From Felis catus (lineage: Eukaryota), in NCBI RefSeq assembly GCF_018350175.1, contig NC_058382.1, forward strand, positions 51,524,001 through 51,588,000: a stretch of DNA of 64,000 nucleotides, given 5' to 3'. The translations under genes were made by a program, and so were the position numbers. Positions 1-13,257 of the stretch are shown in pieces. The first letter of the stretch is position 1. The number at the start of each line of letters is the position of its first letter. Below the pieces are notes generated by a model, which was given only the letters and a program-made list of their open reading frames with translations, had not been told where the DNA came from and did not search any database.

Positions 1-1029
1 GGATGGGTTGATGGATGGATAGATAGTTAAGTAATGATTAGTTTTGTTTGAACCGTTGGTTTCCTTCTCCATCACCACCAGTACTCTGAAGTCATCTTAA
101 AAGGGGATCTGACACGACATACCAGCTAAATGTCGGAAGAGAGATTTCAGTGGGAGGAGCTATGTCATTCTCTCCAGGTGGTCACCAACCCGTAGGGTAA
201 TATGGAAACTGGAAGAAAGATGCTGTTCCCATGGGACAGATGCACTCCTCACTCGGATGCGGGTGGAATCAGGACCCTGGCCGTAGTAGCCCTCTCACTC
301 CTCTTGACTCTGGACCCTTCAAGGAGTCTAGGGTATAGTTTGCTTTCTCTGCCTAAGAAATCAAAAGCAAGTGAAACTCCTAGAGCAGAAGTAGGGCTAC
401 TAGGAGGAGTTCAGCCACCTATGCCCTGAGGGCTGAGCATGAGGAGTATGTCTGACTGCCTCCCCCCTACCCCACCTACCCCTCCAGAGGCTAGCCAAGG
501 CCCATTTGGAGTGAAGAGGGACAGTCACTGGGAAGGGAGGAGGAGGGCCACGACGGTGAGTTATAGCTTGCCTACACACTCAGAGAGGCAGCTAAGGGAA
601 AAAATCAGAGAGGCAGGCCTTGGGGAGGTGAAAATGATACAGAAAGTAGGCCAGGGAGGGCAGGGTGGGAATGTGGAGGGTGTCTTACATTAGATTAATA
701 GCGGTGAAATGGAAAACATACAGGGATACACACAAGTCATGGGATAGGAGCTCCAGATAAAAGTAAAAAAAAAAACAAAAAAACTGCCTTACTTCAGGTT
801 GAGAAGTTGGCCTGCTCACGAGCCTCCCACCAAGATGATACATGAGCTTTCTTTGGAAGGAACCCAGAGGAAAGCTTGGGGCAGGAAAGCTCCTGTTTGT
901 GCAACTTTGCTCAAAATACGTCACTGATGCTCAGGCCAGCCTCCACCCTGGTACCCTTTTTGCAGACCCATTAGCACAATCACATGCCGATTCTAATTAT
1001 ATATAAAGGCAGGATTCTTGTGCCAAACT

Positions 1030-1200
1030 TTTTCACCCTGTAAGGTAGGCCCTCTTATCCCCATTTCACAGGTGGGAAGATTAAGGCTCCAGGATAAGTC
1101 ACTTACTCGCTCAAGGTTTCCTAATGAATCAGAAGCACATCAAGATTTTAATACCAGCAAGCCCAGCCGTACCAAGTTCCGGAGACTCTGTTCTTTCCAT
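1030..1200 (-). mobile_element. MIR SINE remnant
   Basis: Core 'ccccatttcacaggtgggaagattaaggct...ctcaaggtt' resembles the reverse MIR core (cccattttacagatgaggaaactgaggc...cccaaggtcac). Confidence 0.6.
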
Positions 1201-1329
1201 CATAGAGTCTCCCTAAACTAAAAGCAGGAGGGGGCTAAGAACAAGGGAGGAGAGCAGAGTGGCAAGGGGTAGTCTCCAAACGACTACTAGTGCTTCATAA
1301 TTTTAACACAAAATGGCAACAGGTAGAAC

Positions 1330-1996
1330 TATTAGACGACAATTTTGCACCAGTCAGTCCTACACATTCGGGAGCAGAGACATTGACTGCTTTTGTTACA
1401 TACCATCTTTTTTAAACGTTTATTTGTTTTGGGCGGGGGGGGGGGGTGGGGGAGAGAGCGCATGAGCAGGGGAAGGGCAGAGAGAGAGGGGAACAAAGAA
1501 TCTGAAGCAGGCTCGGTGCTGACAGCATGGAGCCCAATGCAGGGCTAGAACTCATGAACCATGAGATCATGACCTGAGCTGAAGTCGAACTCTCAACTGA
1601 CAGGGCCACCCAGGTGCCCCTAGGTACCACGTTTCCAAGGCTGTGTAGCAAACAGCCTTGGAAAACAGAGGTAGTGTCTTCCTCTGGAGCAGTGGGCAGA
1701 CCTGCTTACCGTCCCGCATAAAGATTCGGGTTCCCTAAGTTCACAGTTCCTCTTCTGTGATACACCCTACAACTTGCAAGGTGGTGCCTGGCCCTCTTTG
1801 CACCACCCTGTGGGAGCCAGGGGAAGGAAGCTGGCACAAACCTGAAGCTTCCTGCTGCTTTCTGGGCCAGGAGTAATAAAGTTCTTTAGTGGTGACCCAT
1901 GAGTCTCAAGTCTCCAGCCAACATCCACGAATTCTTGGCAGGCTAACTTGTTAGCCTGCAGGTAGGGTAGCATCTCAGATGCCACAACGCTGGACG
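1330..1996 (+). mobile_element. ERVL-class solo LTR (LTR40-like), interrupted by a SINE
   Basis: Matches recalled LTR40 motifs on both sides of the SINE: 'gagcagagacattgactgcttttgtt', 'aacagccttggaa', 'aaagattcgggttccctaag', 'gagtaataaagt', 'ggcaggctaacttgttagcctgcaggtagggta'. Confidence 0.7.
1408..1620 (-). mobile_element. Carnivore tRNA-derived SINE (SINEC_Fc-type)
   Basis: Reverse strand reads ggggcacctgggtggccctgtcagttgag...caggtcatgatctc, then CT-rich region and A-rich tail. Confidence 0.93.
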
Positions 1997-3171
1997 CTTC
2001 CCGGGGAAGTGGGGAATGGACAGAGAAATCCAAAGGCATAGCCACCCGTCTACTATCACCAAAACAAGGTGGGGAGGCCCTCGTGTGGCACATCAGAAAG
2101 GGTTCAGGTACTTTGTGCATCCTCAGGCAATGCAACCTAGAAGCATCTGGGCTATCAACAAGCCACCGTCCCGGGTTCCAGTCCCTGAACCAACACCAAC
2201 TGCCTCCAATACAATGGGGGCGCCCGAGGAAGTGCTTAAGACTGACCCACACTCCTAAGAGCTTGAGGCACACGATTTCATTGAATCTTGGCAGGTACTG
2301 TACGAACTAGGAATTACAGCTCTCGGGAAGGTAACCACCTCCCCCAGATCACCAGCTGGCGCCCAAATCTACCGGCGCCCATGCCTGCCACTAGCATCCT
2401 AGAAGCCTCTTTCTCCCACCAGCGAATTCATCCCTATCTCTGAAATATATACTGTTTTTCAATTCCTTAAAACATGCTTGAGACCAAGAACTATGTGCTA
2501 GTAATAAGAGGCAATTGCCATGCAGGGTGGAGAAAAAAAAAAAAAACACCTCTGTTTAGTTAATGAGGAACACTTGTTCAAGCAAAGAAGCTCTCTGGGG
2601 CAAATGAAAGTATTTTTTTCCCCTTAATTATCTGAAGTCCATGTTAGGGTAATCGAACCCCCCCCCCCCACAGAGAGGATGCCGTCTGCATAACCCCATT
2701 CCGTGTTTCCCCCTTTTCCCAACTGCAGGACATACGAGGACCTGGGAGTGACCCTTTAGGAGCAGAAGAAGACTGACACCACTACGCGTGGACAGTGAGA
2801 GTGTCTTTTGCTGGGCCAGGAGATAGAACCGACCCCCCAGTTCATGCTACAGTCAGCAGTGAGGCCAAGGTGCAAATATGGGCCCACACACTGCTTCCGC
2901 GACTTCCAGGACAGGGCTCCAACCATCCTCAAGGGTCCTGCCTTCTGACAAAGCCCACGGTGGAGAAGCAGCGCCGTGTAGCCCTTCTGGAAGAAGTGGA
3001 AAGCATGCAGTCCCTGTGGCCGAAAAGGTGGGCCCCCTGGTGTGCCTGTCACCAGCGGAGGGAGGCAGGAGAAGCCCCTCACCACCGCAGAGACGCTCAT
3101 TTCGTGAGCAGGGGCTCACAGCTTCGACGGACTGTCATCGTGGGGAGAATCGTGGCAAATAACAGGTTACG

Positions 3172-3807
3172 GTATCGGTTTCCTACGGCTGCCCTGACAA
3201 ATTATAGTGAAGTGTGAGGCTTAAAACAGCAGACATTTGCTCTTTCACAGTTCTAGAGGCTGGAAGTCCAAAATTAAGTCACTGGCTGAACTATACGCTC
3301 TCTCCCTGCTTTAGGTGATGGCTGGCAATCCTGGGCATTCCGTGACCTGTGGCAGCTCATGACCCCTACATCACACGGTTGTCCTCTGTGTCGGTGTGTG
3401 TCTTCCCTTGGCCTGCTCCTCCCCGTGTGTCTGTCCCTGTGTCCTTCCTCCTCTTCTTATGTTTATTTATTTATTTATTTATTTATTTTTTGAGAGAGAG
3501 AGAGAGAGTATAAGCAGGGGAGAAGCAGAGAGAGAGAGAGGGAGACACAGATTCTGAAGCAGGCTCCAGGCTCCGAGCTGTCAGCACAGAACCCAACGCG
3601 GGGCTCGAACCCACAATGGTGAGATCATGACCTGAGCCGGAGTCAGACGCTCAACCGACTGAGCCACCCAGGCGCCCCTATCCTCTTCTTAATTTACATC
3701 TTAATTGTACCTGCAAAGACCCTGTTTCCAAATAAGGTTACGTTGGCAGCTACCAAGGGTTAGGGCTTGCATGGGTATCTTGTGGGGACACAGTTCAAAG
3801 CACAACA
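3172..3807 (-). mobile_element. MaLR solo LTR (MLT1B/C-like), interrupted by a SINE
   Basis: 'ggcttaaaacagcagacatttgctctttcacagttctagaggctggaagtcc' and 'ctgcaaagaccctgtttccaaataaggt...ggggacacagttcaa' are typical of MLT1 in reverse orientation. Confidence 0.8.
3460..3678 (-). mobile_element. SINEC_Fc SINE, full length
   Basis: Canonical head ggggcgcctgggtggctcagtcggttgagcgtc on the minus strand, (TTTA)n tail; 11-bp TSD tcctcttctta at 3449-3459 and 3681-3691. Confidence 0.96.
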
Positions 3808-3889
3808 GTTATTAACTGGGGATGACCCCTCCTGCCAGCGGCCCTGGTTGGTGCGTGCTGTCTCTTGCACATTGTGCCTCAGTAGTTGG

Positions 3890-4150
3890 TCCTGGTTAAG
3901 AAAGTGGGTCTGAGAATCAGACCACTGGGGTCCTCGTGCTGGTCCTTCCCCGCAGCCCCTGGGTGACCCCTCAGCACGTTACGGAACCCCCTTGAGACTC
4001 TGTATAATACGCTGAAGTCTGGCTTCAACGGACTGTTGTATAAATTATCCCTCTAACAAACACTTATCGAGGATCTTGTCGGGAGCCGAGGTAAAATCGG
4101 AGAAGGCTCACAAAGTGCTTAGCAAAGCGCTTGGCACGTTGGAGGTATTG
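3890..4150 (+). mobile_element. MIR remnant
   Basis: 'tggttaagaaagtgggtctgagaatcagacc' and 3' end 'aaagtgcttagcaaagcgcttggcacgt'. Confidence 0.55.
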
Positions 4151-4572
4151 GGCGAGTGGTATTTTGCTTAACTCAACACCTTACGTGCAAAGACAGAGCC
4201 AATGAGCTCCGCCAGGTACAGTATAAAGGTGAGCAGAGAGACCAAACGTCCTCAGCATCCTTTGTTGAAGACTGGAGGTGTCCCACTCTGCTGCTGTGTC
4301 ACCAGAGAAGTCTCCACTCAGCAGCTGGAGGAGGTTGACAGTGGTAAGGGGGGAAAGAACGGGAGGGAATGTTACCCCAGGAAAGCTTTATGCATCATCA
4401 TTCTATTGGAAGACAGTGGGGTAAGAGTGTTGGCACCATTAATTCCAGAGGTACCAATCACACCAGGCAAAGGTCAGTGTCGGGAAGGCGACAAGGACAC
4501 GTGGAACAGCAGAGACTTCAGAAACAACACTGGGTACAAACCTAGTTGCTCCCACTTAAACTGCAGAGGATG

Positions 4573-4780
4573 GGGGCGCCTGGGTGGCTCAGTCGGTGAA
4601 GTGTCCGACTTCGGCTGAGCTCATGATCTCACGGTCATTGAGTTCGAGCCCCGGGTCGGGCTCTGTGCTCGGATCCTGGAGCCCACTTCGGATTCTGTGT
4701 CTCCCTCTCGCTCTGCCCCTCCCCTGCTCACACTCTGTCTCTCTCTCTCTCAAAAATAAATAAACGTTAATTTTATTTAA
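4573..4780 (+). mobile_element. SINEC_Fc SINE
   Basis: ggggcgcctgggtggctcagtcgg head, gagttcgagccc B-box, (CT)n and aaataaataaa tail. Confidence 0.95.
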
Positions 4781-4816
4781 GTGCAGGCTCACGTGGGGGC
4801 GGGGGGTGCTGACATG

Positions 4817-4881
4817 GAACACCCACTATGTGCCGTACCTACCGAACACCCACTGTGTGCCGTATCTACTTCACCGAACAC
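4817..4881 (+). repeat. 27-bp tandem duplication
   Basis: gaacacccactatgtgccgtacctacc followed by gaacacccactgtgtgccgtatctac, then a third partial gaacac. Confidence 0.85.
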
Positions 4882-5050
4882 TCTATCACACTATGTTACA
4901 GAATCCTCACGTCAACTCTTTGTGAGTCAGCCATCAACATCCCCATTTTGCAGATGTAGAAAATGAACCCCGGGAGAGGAGTTCAATTTCCCAAGGACAA
5001 CCAGCTGCTAAGTAGAGCATTCCTCGGCCCGCATTCCTTCCGCTCCTGAC
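4844..5050 (-). mobile_element. MIR remnant
   Basis: 'aatcctcac...ccccattttgcagatgtagaaaatga...tttcccaaggacaaccagctgctaagtagagc'. Confidence 0.7.
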
Positions 5051-5324
5051 ATCCCATACCCCTCCCGTATCCAAGATTCCTGGGTGTGGAATTTTTGAAC
5101 CTTAAACAGGCCAAAGTTCTAATCGGGCTTTCAGTGTGCGCATATCTACTTGGCCATTTCTGTTTCATCACTTTTTGTAGGGCAGAGTCATTTGAGTTTA
5201 TTGGCACAGAGGGCTTTCTGAAATGACACTGCCCTCTGAGAGGACTCCATGCCGTCAAAACTGCGTTAACGAAATACCGTTTTATTAAGGAAAGGGGGGA
5301 AACCTTGACACAGTGAAACCAGAC

Positions 5325-5547
5325 CAGGGTTTCTCAAGCTCAGCACTATTGACAGTCGGGGCTGGATAATTCTTTCTGGTGGAAGCTGTCCTGTGAATCG
5401 CAGTATATTTAGCCGCATCCCCCGGCCTCTGCCCACATACCAGCAGCATCTCCTCCCCCAGTTTCTGACAATGAAAAATGCTTGCAGATATTTGCCACAG
5501 GTCCCCTGGGAGGGGGCTGGTAAAAATCACCCGATTGTGAAACAGCA
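5325..5547 (-). mobile_element. MER20 (hAT-Charlie non-autonomous DNA transposon fossil)
   Basis: 'cagggtttctcaagctcagcactattgaca...ggataattcttt...gcatccccggcctct...gtcccctggg' matches MER20. Confidence 0.88.
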
Positions 5548-5944
5548 AACGAGACAAACATGGGTTCAAATGCTTAGTCTACAACTTTTGTGGATTTGGG
5601 AAAGTTACACATTCTCCTCAAGACTCTGCCTTCTCACGTACAGAACAGAGACATCAATTCCTCTCTTGCAGGGTCATTGTCAGGGTCGACGAGATAACGC
5701 ACGAAAAGTACTCTGCACGTGGGCCCTCAGAAGACGCTCAGGAAGGACTTATAAAAATAAGTACTTATTTTTGCAAGACTTGTGATTAGCTTTCATAATG
5801 CCCCCATTTGAGAATCTTGTTTCCTTTATCCCGGGCGAGATATACTCTTTCAATGTGTTGCTGCCCATCCCATGCAACTCGCTTTAATATTTATAAATAA
5901 TATCCATCGAGTACGTTGGGCTCATGGCCTTGTCACCGTTCTTA

Positions 5945-6093
5945 AAACCATGATATCGAGGTATGATTGACCTACGAAAGCTGTACATATTTAGTGCAGA
6001 CAACTTGATGAGTTTGGAGATCAGCACATACTTGTGAAACCATCACCCCAATCTATGCCATAAAAATATCCATCACCTCCTAAAGTTTCCTTT
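5945..6093 (-). mobile_element. Old L1 (L1MA9/L1MB-like) extreme 3' end
   Basis: 'gaggtatgattgac...aagctgtacatattta...caacttgatgagtttggagat...gtgaaaccatcacc...tatccatcacctcc'. Confidence 0.75.
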
Positions 6094-6949
6094 TGATCTT
6101 TATGGGAGTCCTACAAGGAAGGTCGAGCCACCACCATTTTAAAAGCAAGGAATCAGACTTAGAGACATTAAGGAGCTCACCCAGGATCACACACACAACC
6201 CAGCTAGAAAGTAGGGTTCAGACTCTCACTCTACATCCCAAGACACTTCCTAGTGTCTTATCTTCCTTCTGCATACATCCAACAGACACTTCCTGAGTTC
6301 TGTGCTGAGGACAGAGTCTCCTTCGCGAAGAGTCCGCAAGGAAAAGTAAGCAAGTGCCTTAGGAGAGCTGAATAAATTCTACACAGGGGGAAGAACAAAG
6401 GGTTACGAGAGCACAGAGAAGGCATATTTATGTCATCTGGAAAGTTCTAGAAAGCTTGCTAACAGAAAAGATACGAAGAGAATTATGAAGGACAAGTTGG
6501 AGTTAGCCAAATTGGAAGAGAGAAACGGTCCAGAGAAAGCGAACATGGGTGCAATCTCCTAGTGTCGACAAGAACAGGACGGACGTAGTTCCAAATGGAC
6601 GAAGTTGGGAGGGCAAGGGAGGAGAAGGAAAGGTAGAGGAGAGGACAGGAGACGGGGGCCGGACGACTGAGGCGTGTGCCCGGCTGTGCGTTCAGAACTC
6701 TTCCTTTGGGTCAGGAGGCTTCTTGGGTGTTTCAAGTCTCTCCTACATCCGAGTTCTCACATCGATCCCCTAAAATCTCTCTTCAGTGGTTCAGCAGGAT
6801 ATGAAAGATTCCATTTGCTTGTAAAGGCTTCATCTGTGAGGTGGACATCCCACACCCGGGCAATGGAAATGTTGTGGTTAAGTGTATCCTTGTGTTACCC
6901 TGTCTTTCAGCCAAAACACCTAAAGAAGAAAAACAAACAAGACTGCTGC

Positions 6950-7210
6950 ATTTTATTTTTATTGTATTTATTTTATTTTATTTTATTTTATTTTATTTTA
7001 TTTTATTTTATTTTATTTTATTTTATTTTATTTTATATTAATCAATTGATTAATTTAGAGAGTGAAGGTAGGGAGGGACAGAGAGAGAAAGGGAGAGAGA
7101 GAGAATCTTAAGAGGTCCCGACGCGGGGCTCGATCTCACCATCTTGAGGGCATGACCTGAGCCGAAATCAAGAGTCAGACACTCAACCCACTGGGCCACC
7201 CGGGTGCCCC
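6950..7210 (-). mobile_element. Older carnivore SINE with expanded (ATTTT)n tail
   Basis: 'gagccgaaatcaagagtcagacactcaacccactgggccacccgggtgcccc'; degenerate TSD agactgct at 6940 and 7212. Confidence 0.9.
6970..7034. repeat. (ATTTT)13 pentanucleotide microsatellite derived from SINE tail
   Basis: Direct reading of an uninterrupted ATTTT array. Confidence 0.95.
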
Positions 7211-9877
7211 TAGACTGCTATACTTTATGTGGGACTTGGGACAAGCCAGACACCAGGCTTTTCCCAGAAGCCCACCTGGAAACAGACATCAGCTCGGCGA
7301 ACAACGCACAGGCAGGGCTCCCGACAGGCTGACGAGGAGGAATAAGGACATGCCCGTTTGAGAGCCTGGGCCACCCCACTAGAGTGACTTTCTGAACCTT
7401 CAGAAGTGCTGATCTTGGGGGCCATCGCTTCCTGAGGAGGAAGTTTCCTCAAGGGCACCTCCAGCCCTTAAGAGTTTTTCATCATGACCAGCAGCTCTTT
7501 TTAAACTTTCAAATAGATACATCAACAACTTTTCAGACTTGAGAAACCTAAACTTTCCAACCTGGCTGGCATACAATGCGCATCTATATAAAACGGTCAC
7601 TGCGCTGAAGGCATGCCTAGTGGAGTTTACCTCCTGCCCCAGACCTTGAACGTTGTGGGCGCCTGGTGAGTGGTGGGGGACAGGAAAAGGAAGTGTGATT
7701 CCTACGGTGGCATAAAAATGTCTAGTCCGCCCTTATTTTTCGCAGCACCCGCCACCACTGATGAAAACATACGGTACCTAAAATATCCAGGGATTAGGTA
7801 TCCCCACAGTGTATTATGTTGTGTTTGTTCTCACTAGGAAAAGAGCAGGGCACGTTGGGAAGAGATTGCACGAGGGAAGGAGACAGTGATAGATCTGGAA
7901 GCTGGAGAGAGCTCCACAAGATAAACCCAAGTGCACGCACGTGCGCACACACACACTGAAGTCACGCATTATTCAAGTGTAAGATCGTAAAGTCATGACC
8001 TAAATAACAAGCCACGCGTAATATAAAACTACCCTTGAAAAACTCCCTAAAAAGGGAAGGAAGGGGTAAGTTGTGAGAGAAGTAGTGTTTTGATACCAGG
8101 GAAGCCGAGGGCGTGGGGCTGATATGTTGCTGACTATTAGGGACAAGGATGTTGGGGTGAAAGTGATGGGGAGGCAGGGGAAGAGCAGAAGCTGTTCTAG
8201 ATTCCTCTAGGCTGCCCAACCAAGCTTTGGGAGAGGAGATGGGTTATTGGAGTTTCCATGGCATGTCTCCCAGTCTCCACTGATGAACACTTACAATAAA
8301 GTGGGCATAAGCCTATGTAATAATAACAATTTTTTTAAAAAGCCTAGAGCTTTCTCCAATTAAAAACCAAAGATAGTTAAGAAATTATTCTTTTGTTATT
8401 ATGTAGAATAGGTTTTGAAAGGAGGCTGTGTTTGGCTGACTCTGGGGGCTCTAAAATACACCTGATCCCCTCCCTGATCCTCAGGAAACACACAGGAAGT
8501 TTTATATTTAATTTTAGGGGTCCACGGTTCCCTCTAAGACCACCCACGGACCTTCCTCTAGAGAGAAAAGGTTTGCTAAGTAAATTAATTATGCATGGAA
8601 AATGCTCTTTGAAATAAGTAAAACTCCTGCCTCTAAACTTCTTCTGAATGGTTTTGTTTCTTACGGATAAGTTCCCATGTTGATAAAGTCACCAAGAAGG
8701 TTTATTGACTGAGGCCAAGGAGTCACCTCTGGGATTGCCACTTCATCAGTGTGTCATAATATGAGTGGGTCTATGGGAGAAGTTTCAGGGGAGCTGAGAG
8801 GGTCCGCTGATTTCTCTCTGGGTGAATCTTCCATCTCGAGTCGCAGTGTCTTCATCTGTCAAGGGAAGGGTTGTGCCATATCATCTCTAAAGTTCCTTCC
8901 AGCACATGAGAGTGAACACTTCCATCCCAGCCCCTCCAGAAGTTCTGATAGGCCTTCCTTGGAGAGAAATCAATAGTTCAATGTTGATGTGTTTGTGAAC
9001 AGAACAGCAAGATCTTTCTGCAGACAAATGAACAGAGGCTATGTTTCGACCAAGCACGGAAAACAAACCGGTTGTCTCATTATCTCTTCAGCCTCTGCTT
9101 TGGGAATTAAAAGCTATTCTCGAAGTTTAAAAAATTCCTCGAAAGTATCGACGGTGGCAGAAAATGAACCGTACTAAACTGCAAAGATCTCTCACAAAGT
9201 GCCCAAAGAGAAGGTAGGAGCGCATCTCTGTTCTCGTCGTGGTTCCTCCGTTGACTTCACCACCTACTCTATTGACTATTACGTTCCTTGTAATAGTCTT
9301 GAAAACTGGCCAAAACTGTGCAGGAAGGGAAGAGGACAGGGCGAATCATCATTTGTTGGTAATTATTACGGGCTGGGAACTGTGCTTGTGTCATTCCATT
9401 TCTCATAGGAATTTATTTGAATGATGAGGACACAGAGACTCAGTGGCGGTCAGAAATGAGCATAAAATGATCCAAATAGCGAACATCCGAACAGAGACGT
9501 CAGCCCGGTTCTCTCTCTTCCCAAACCCCATGTGCCTTTCAATAAACCATGCTGCCTTCAGGAGAGTCTGGAGTGTGACTTCCACAAAGGTCCTTCTGAA
9601 TCAGAAGCAAAGATGACCTAACGTCTAACCCATGACTCAGTTCCATAAATGTCCAACACCACCCAAAGGGCCACCGGTGATGACTACAAGCACCGCAACA
9701 AAGGATGACACTACAGGCTGCGTTTCAGGAGGCACATCCCTTAATAACAAAGCACCATAGTGAAGACGAGGACTCTGGACCAGCCTTTTCCACTAACCAG
9801 CTATGAATCCTGAACAGCCACTGAACAGATCTAGACTCCTGTTCCTTTGTTTTGAAAACACAGGTGGGGGGTGGAGG

Positions 9878-10101
9878 GATGGACCTGGGTGGCTCAGTCA
9901 GTTAAGCATCCAACTTCGGCTCAGGTCACGATCTCAGGGCTGGTGAATTTGAGCCCCACATTGGGCTCCGTGCTCACAGCTTGGAACCTGGAACCTGCTT
10001 CATATTCTGAGTCTCCCTCTCTCTCTCTGCCCCTCTCCCATTTACTCTCTCTCTCTCTCTCTCTCAAAAATAAATAAACATTAAAATATGTAAATAAAAC
10101 T
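9878..10101 (+). mobile_element. SINEC_Fc-type SINE (diverged)
   Basis: cctgggtggctcagtcagttaagcatccaacttcggctcaggtcacgatctc, (CT)n, aaataaataaa; flanking aaacacag repeat. Confidence 0.93.
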
Positions 10102-11469
10102 AAACACAGATGGATGGTATCTTGAGACCCCTTCCCCACTGGGCCTTTCTGATCACCAAACAGAACAATATACGCAAAGACACCTTTGCAAGAACAAAGC
10201 AGTAGCTTTATGAATGCAATGTTTGGGAATTGTTCACATATATTCTGTATCTTTAGTTTCAGCCCCCAGTTCAGGTAACTGGAGCCCAAAGCAACTAACC
10301 AGGTAGTTACCTATCTGTAATTTTCTCTTGGTTGTCTGCAGGACCGTACCCACTAAGGAATAGAAGAATAAATGTGGATACAGATACTGGTGCATCAGAA
10401 TAGCCATATGGCCCCTGAGTAGCTAAAGCCCTAGGCACGAGTTTACAGTTTCACCCAGGAGTCCGAACCTTCTCTGTCTGTTTCGGTGTGAACCTCTATG
10501 AGCCGGACCCACTTCTCTCCTTAATGCCTGGTTTCCAAACATCAAATTGTAGTAAGAATTCAAAGTTGGCAGTTCCCCGTCACAGCGCTAACAAGGGGTG
10601 CCATCATTCAAACTGGGGTCTGCGTGACTTAAAAGGTGATGCTCTCTCCATAAAAGCTACTCTGCCTCCTATAGCAACAAAGAATACACATGAGAAATAA
10701 AACTTGAAATTCCACTTGTCTGATTAATACAGGGTGCCTATCTGGAGATTTATGTTTGTTTTTCTACTAAATAAATGGTTACATGTCCCCAGCCAAGACT
10801 ACATTGAGCTAATTAATAACAGCTTTCTTTCAAAGTCTGCTACATTGAAAAAATTCTATCCCCAGGGACCAATCGCTCAAAAGGCCATGGACAGACTATC
10901 TCAAGAGTTCCTCATTAAGAGACCCCTGAGAGCAACCACGCATGGACATGCTATTGGCCATTCACACCTTAGCAAAGATTAGCACCGGTGAATTGTCAAG
11001 CAGAAAATAATGTGGAATGAATGGGGGGAAGAAAGGAAGGGAGGAGGAGAGGGAGGAAGGCTGGCGGGAATAAAGAAAGAAAGAAATGTTGAGAGTCTGG
11101 TATTTTCCGGGGTCTTATTACAGGGCTTCATTTAACAAGGTACAGTATTAAGTTCTTGTGTCCATTATTTGCTACGTATTCAAATATTTTAGGTCAACCT
11201 TATGAGCTATAATTTACATACAATAAAACACAGCGTTTGATGAGCTTATCCACCAAATGCTGCGTTTTATTCACCTAGGTAGGCATCGCTATAATCACGT
11301 TAGGACATTTCCACCGCCCTAACACCCTCCCTCTTTTCTCTTTGCGGTCAACTCGTGACCCCGGATTCTGGCAATTGCTTATTTGATTCCTCTCTATAAA
11401 TGTGCCTTTTCTGGACACGTCACCTAAATGAAACTATGCAATATGTAGCCATTTGCATTAAGCTTCTTT

Positions 11470-11691
11470 TTTTTTTTTTATTTTTTTGAATGTTTATTTT
11501 TTTGAGAGAGTGAGAGACAGAGTGTGACTGGGGGAGGGGAAGAGACAGAGAGGCCAAGTCTGAATCTGAAGCAGGCTCCAGGCTCCAAGCTGTCAGCACA
11601 GAGCCCGACGCAGGGCTTGAACTCACGAACCGTAAGATGGTGACCTGAGTCGAAGTCGGACGCTCAACCGAATGAGCCATCCAGGCGCCCC
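11470..11691 (-). mobile_element. SINEC_Fc SINE
   Basis: Full head and tail on the minus strand; TSD cat[t/g]aagcttcttt at ~11456 and ~11694. Confidence 0.96.
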
Positions 11692-12506
11692 AACATGAAG
11701 CTTCTTTCACTCAGCTTGCTGGTTTTCAGCTTCCCTCCTGTTGTAGCATGTGTCTCAGTATTTCCCTCCTTCCCTTTTCCTCGGAGCAGGATTCCATTAC
11801 GGCGGGCGGAGTCCTCCTGTTACCCATTTGTCTCTTGATGAACTGTTTGCAGTTTTCAACTATTATTCACAAAGTTGCTACAAACAGTTGTGCACGAGTC
11901 TTTGTGTGAATCTAGGCTTCTATCTCTCTTGGGCAAATGAGAACAGAATGCTGGACAGTACGGTTAAGTGCATGTTTAACTTTTCAAAAAACTGTCAAAG
12001 GTGTTCACAGAAGGGACCGTACTCTCTCACCCTCCCAGGAGCAGTGTAAGGAGATTCCGCTAACTTCACATCTTTGTCAACACTTGTTGTTGTCAGTCTT
12101 TTGGATCCCAGACATTCAGTGGGAATGATGATGTCTTTTCATCATTTCTTTAATCAGTGGGTAGGTAGCTGTGTCTCATTTTGGCTTTTAATCTGCATAT
12201 TTGTGAGGACTAGTGATGTTGAGTCTCGACCCATTATTATTTACTGTTACTAACTGTTCACATGTCTTCTTTTATGAAGTGTCAGTTCAAATACTTGGCC
12301 CATTTTTTTTTTTATCTGTTTAGCCATCTTCTTATTATTGAGTTAAGAGTTTGTAAGTATTCTAAATATTTAGGGCACTGGATTTTCGTCAGGTATTTGT
12401 ATTACATTTTCTTCAAGCCTGCATGCAGCTTACTGTTTTCTTCTTATTTGAATGATGCCTTTCAAAGAACAAATATTTTTAATTTTATTAAAGGTTGGTT
12501 GAGTTG

Positions 12507-12726
12507 TTTTTTTTTTTTAACGTTTATTTATTTTTTTTGGGACAGAGAGAGACAGAGCATGAACGGGGGAGGGGCAGAGAGAGAGGGAGACACAGAATCG
12601 GAAACAGGCTCCAGGCTCCGCCGAGCCATCAGCCCAGAGCCTGACGCGGGGCTCGAACTCACGGACCGCGAGATCGTGACCTGGCTGAAGTCAGACGCTT
12701 AACCGACTGCGCCACCCAGGCGCCCC
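12507..12726 (-). mobile_element. Young-subfamily SINEC_Fc SINE
   Basis: Diagnostic variants ggcgcagtcgg, cagccaggtcacgatctcgcggtccgtg and gggctgatgg; most CpGs intact. Confidence 0.97.
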
Positions 12727-13257
12727 CCCAATTTTTTTTTTTTTAATAAATAAAAAGTTATCTTTTTTCCCATTGAATTACCCTCGTACCTTTGATTGCG
12801 TGGATCTATTTCCGGAGTTAGCACTATGTTTGATTGATCTACGTTTATCCTTATGCTAATATGACATTATCTTGATCACTGTAGCCTTTTAGTAGTTCCC
12901 AAAACAGTGTAGGCTATTCAACTTTGTTCTTTTTTTTTTCCCCCAAAATTGCTTTGGCTATTCTGGATACTCTATAAATATTTCCATGCCACAAAGTGAT
13001 AAAGTTGGCTTGTCCACTTCTCAAAAACAAAAACAAAAAAAAGCCTGATGGGATTTTAATTTGCATCGCACCGAACCTATAGATCGGTTTGGGAGATATA
13101 AATTGGAGACAACCTAAAACATGGAAATATCCAATTGTGAACCTATTTTATCTTTCCTTTTGCGAATGTAGATTATATTCAACTTAGATTTAGGTCTTAA
13201 AGGTATCTAAGTGATCAGTGAACCCAAAGTCATTTTGTATGTAAATAAACCACAGAT

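Larger units (their letters stand above)
11187..13160 (-). mobile_element. Ancient L1M (L1MB/ME-like) 3' UTR and ORF2 3' region, interrupted by two SINEs
   Basis: 'gagctataatttacatacaataaaa', 'gccttttctggaca', 'ttttaatctgcatatt', 'tcttttttcccattgaattacc', 'tatcttgatcactgtagc' typical of antisense L1M. Confidence 0.8.

Noticed and set aside
2729..2800. Coding exon after acceptor ttttcccaactgcag
   Set aside because: All three frames hit stop codons within about 50 nt
4573..4660. tRNA genes
   Set aside because: The A/B-box tRNA-like sequences here and elsewhere are SINE heads followed by CT tracts and A tails
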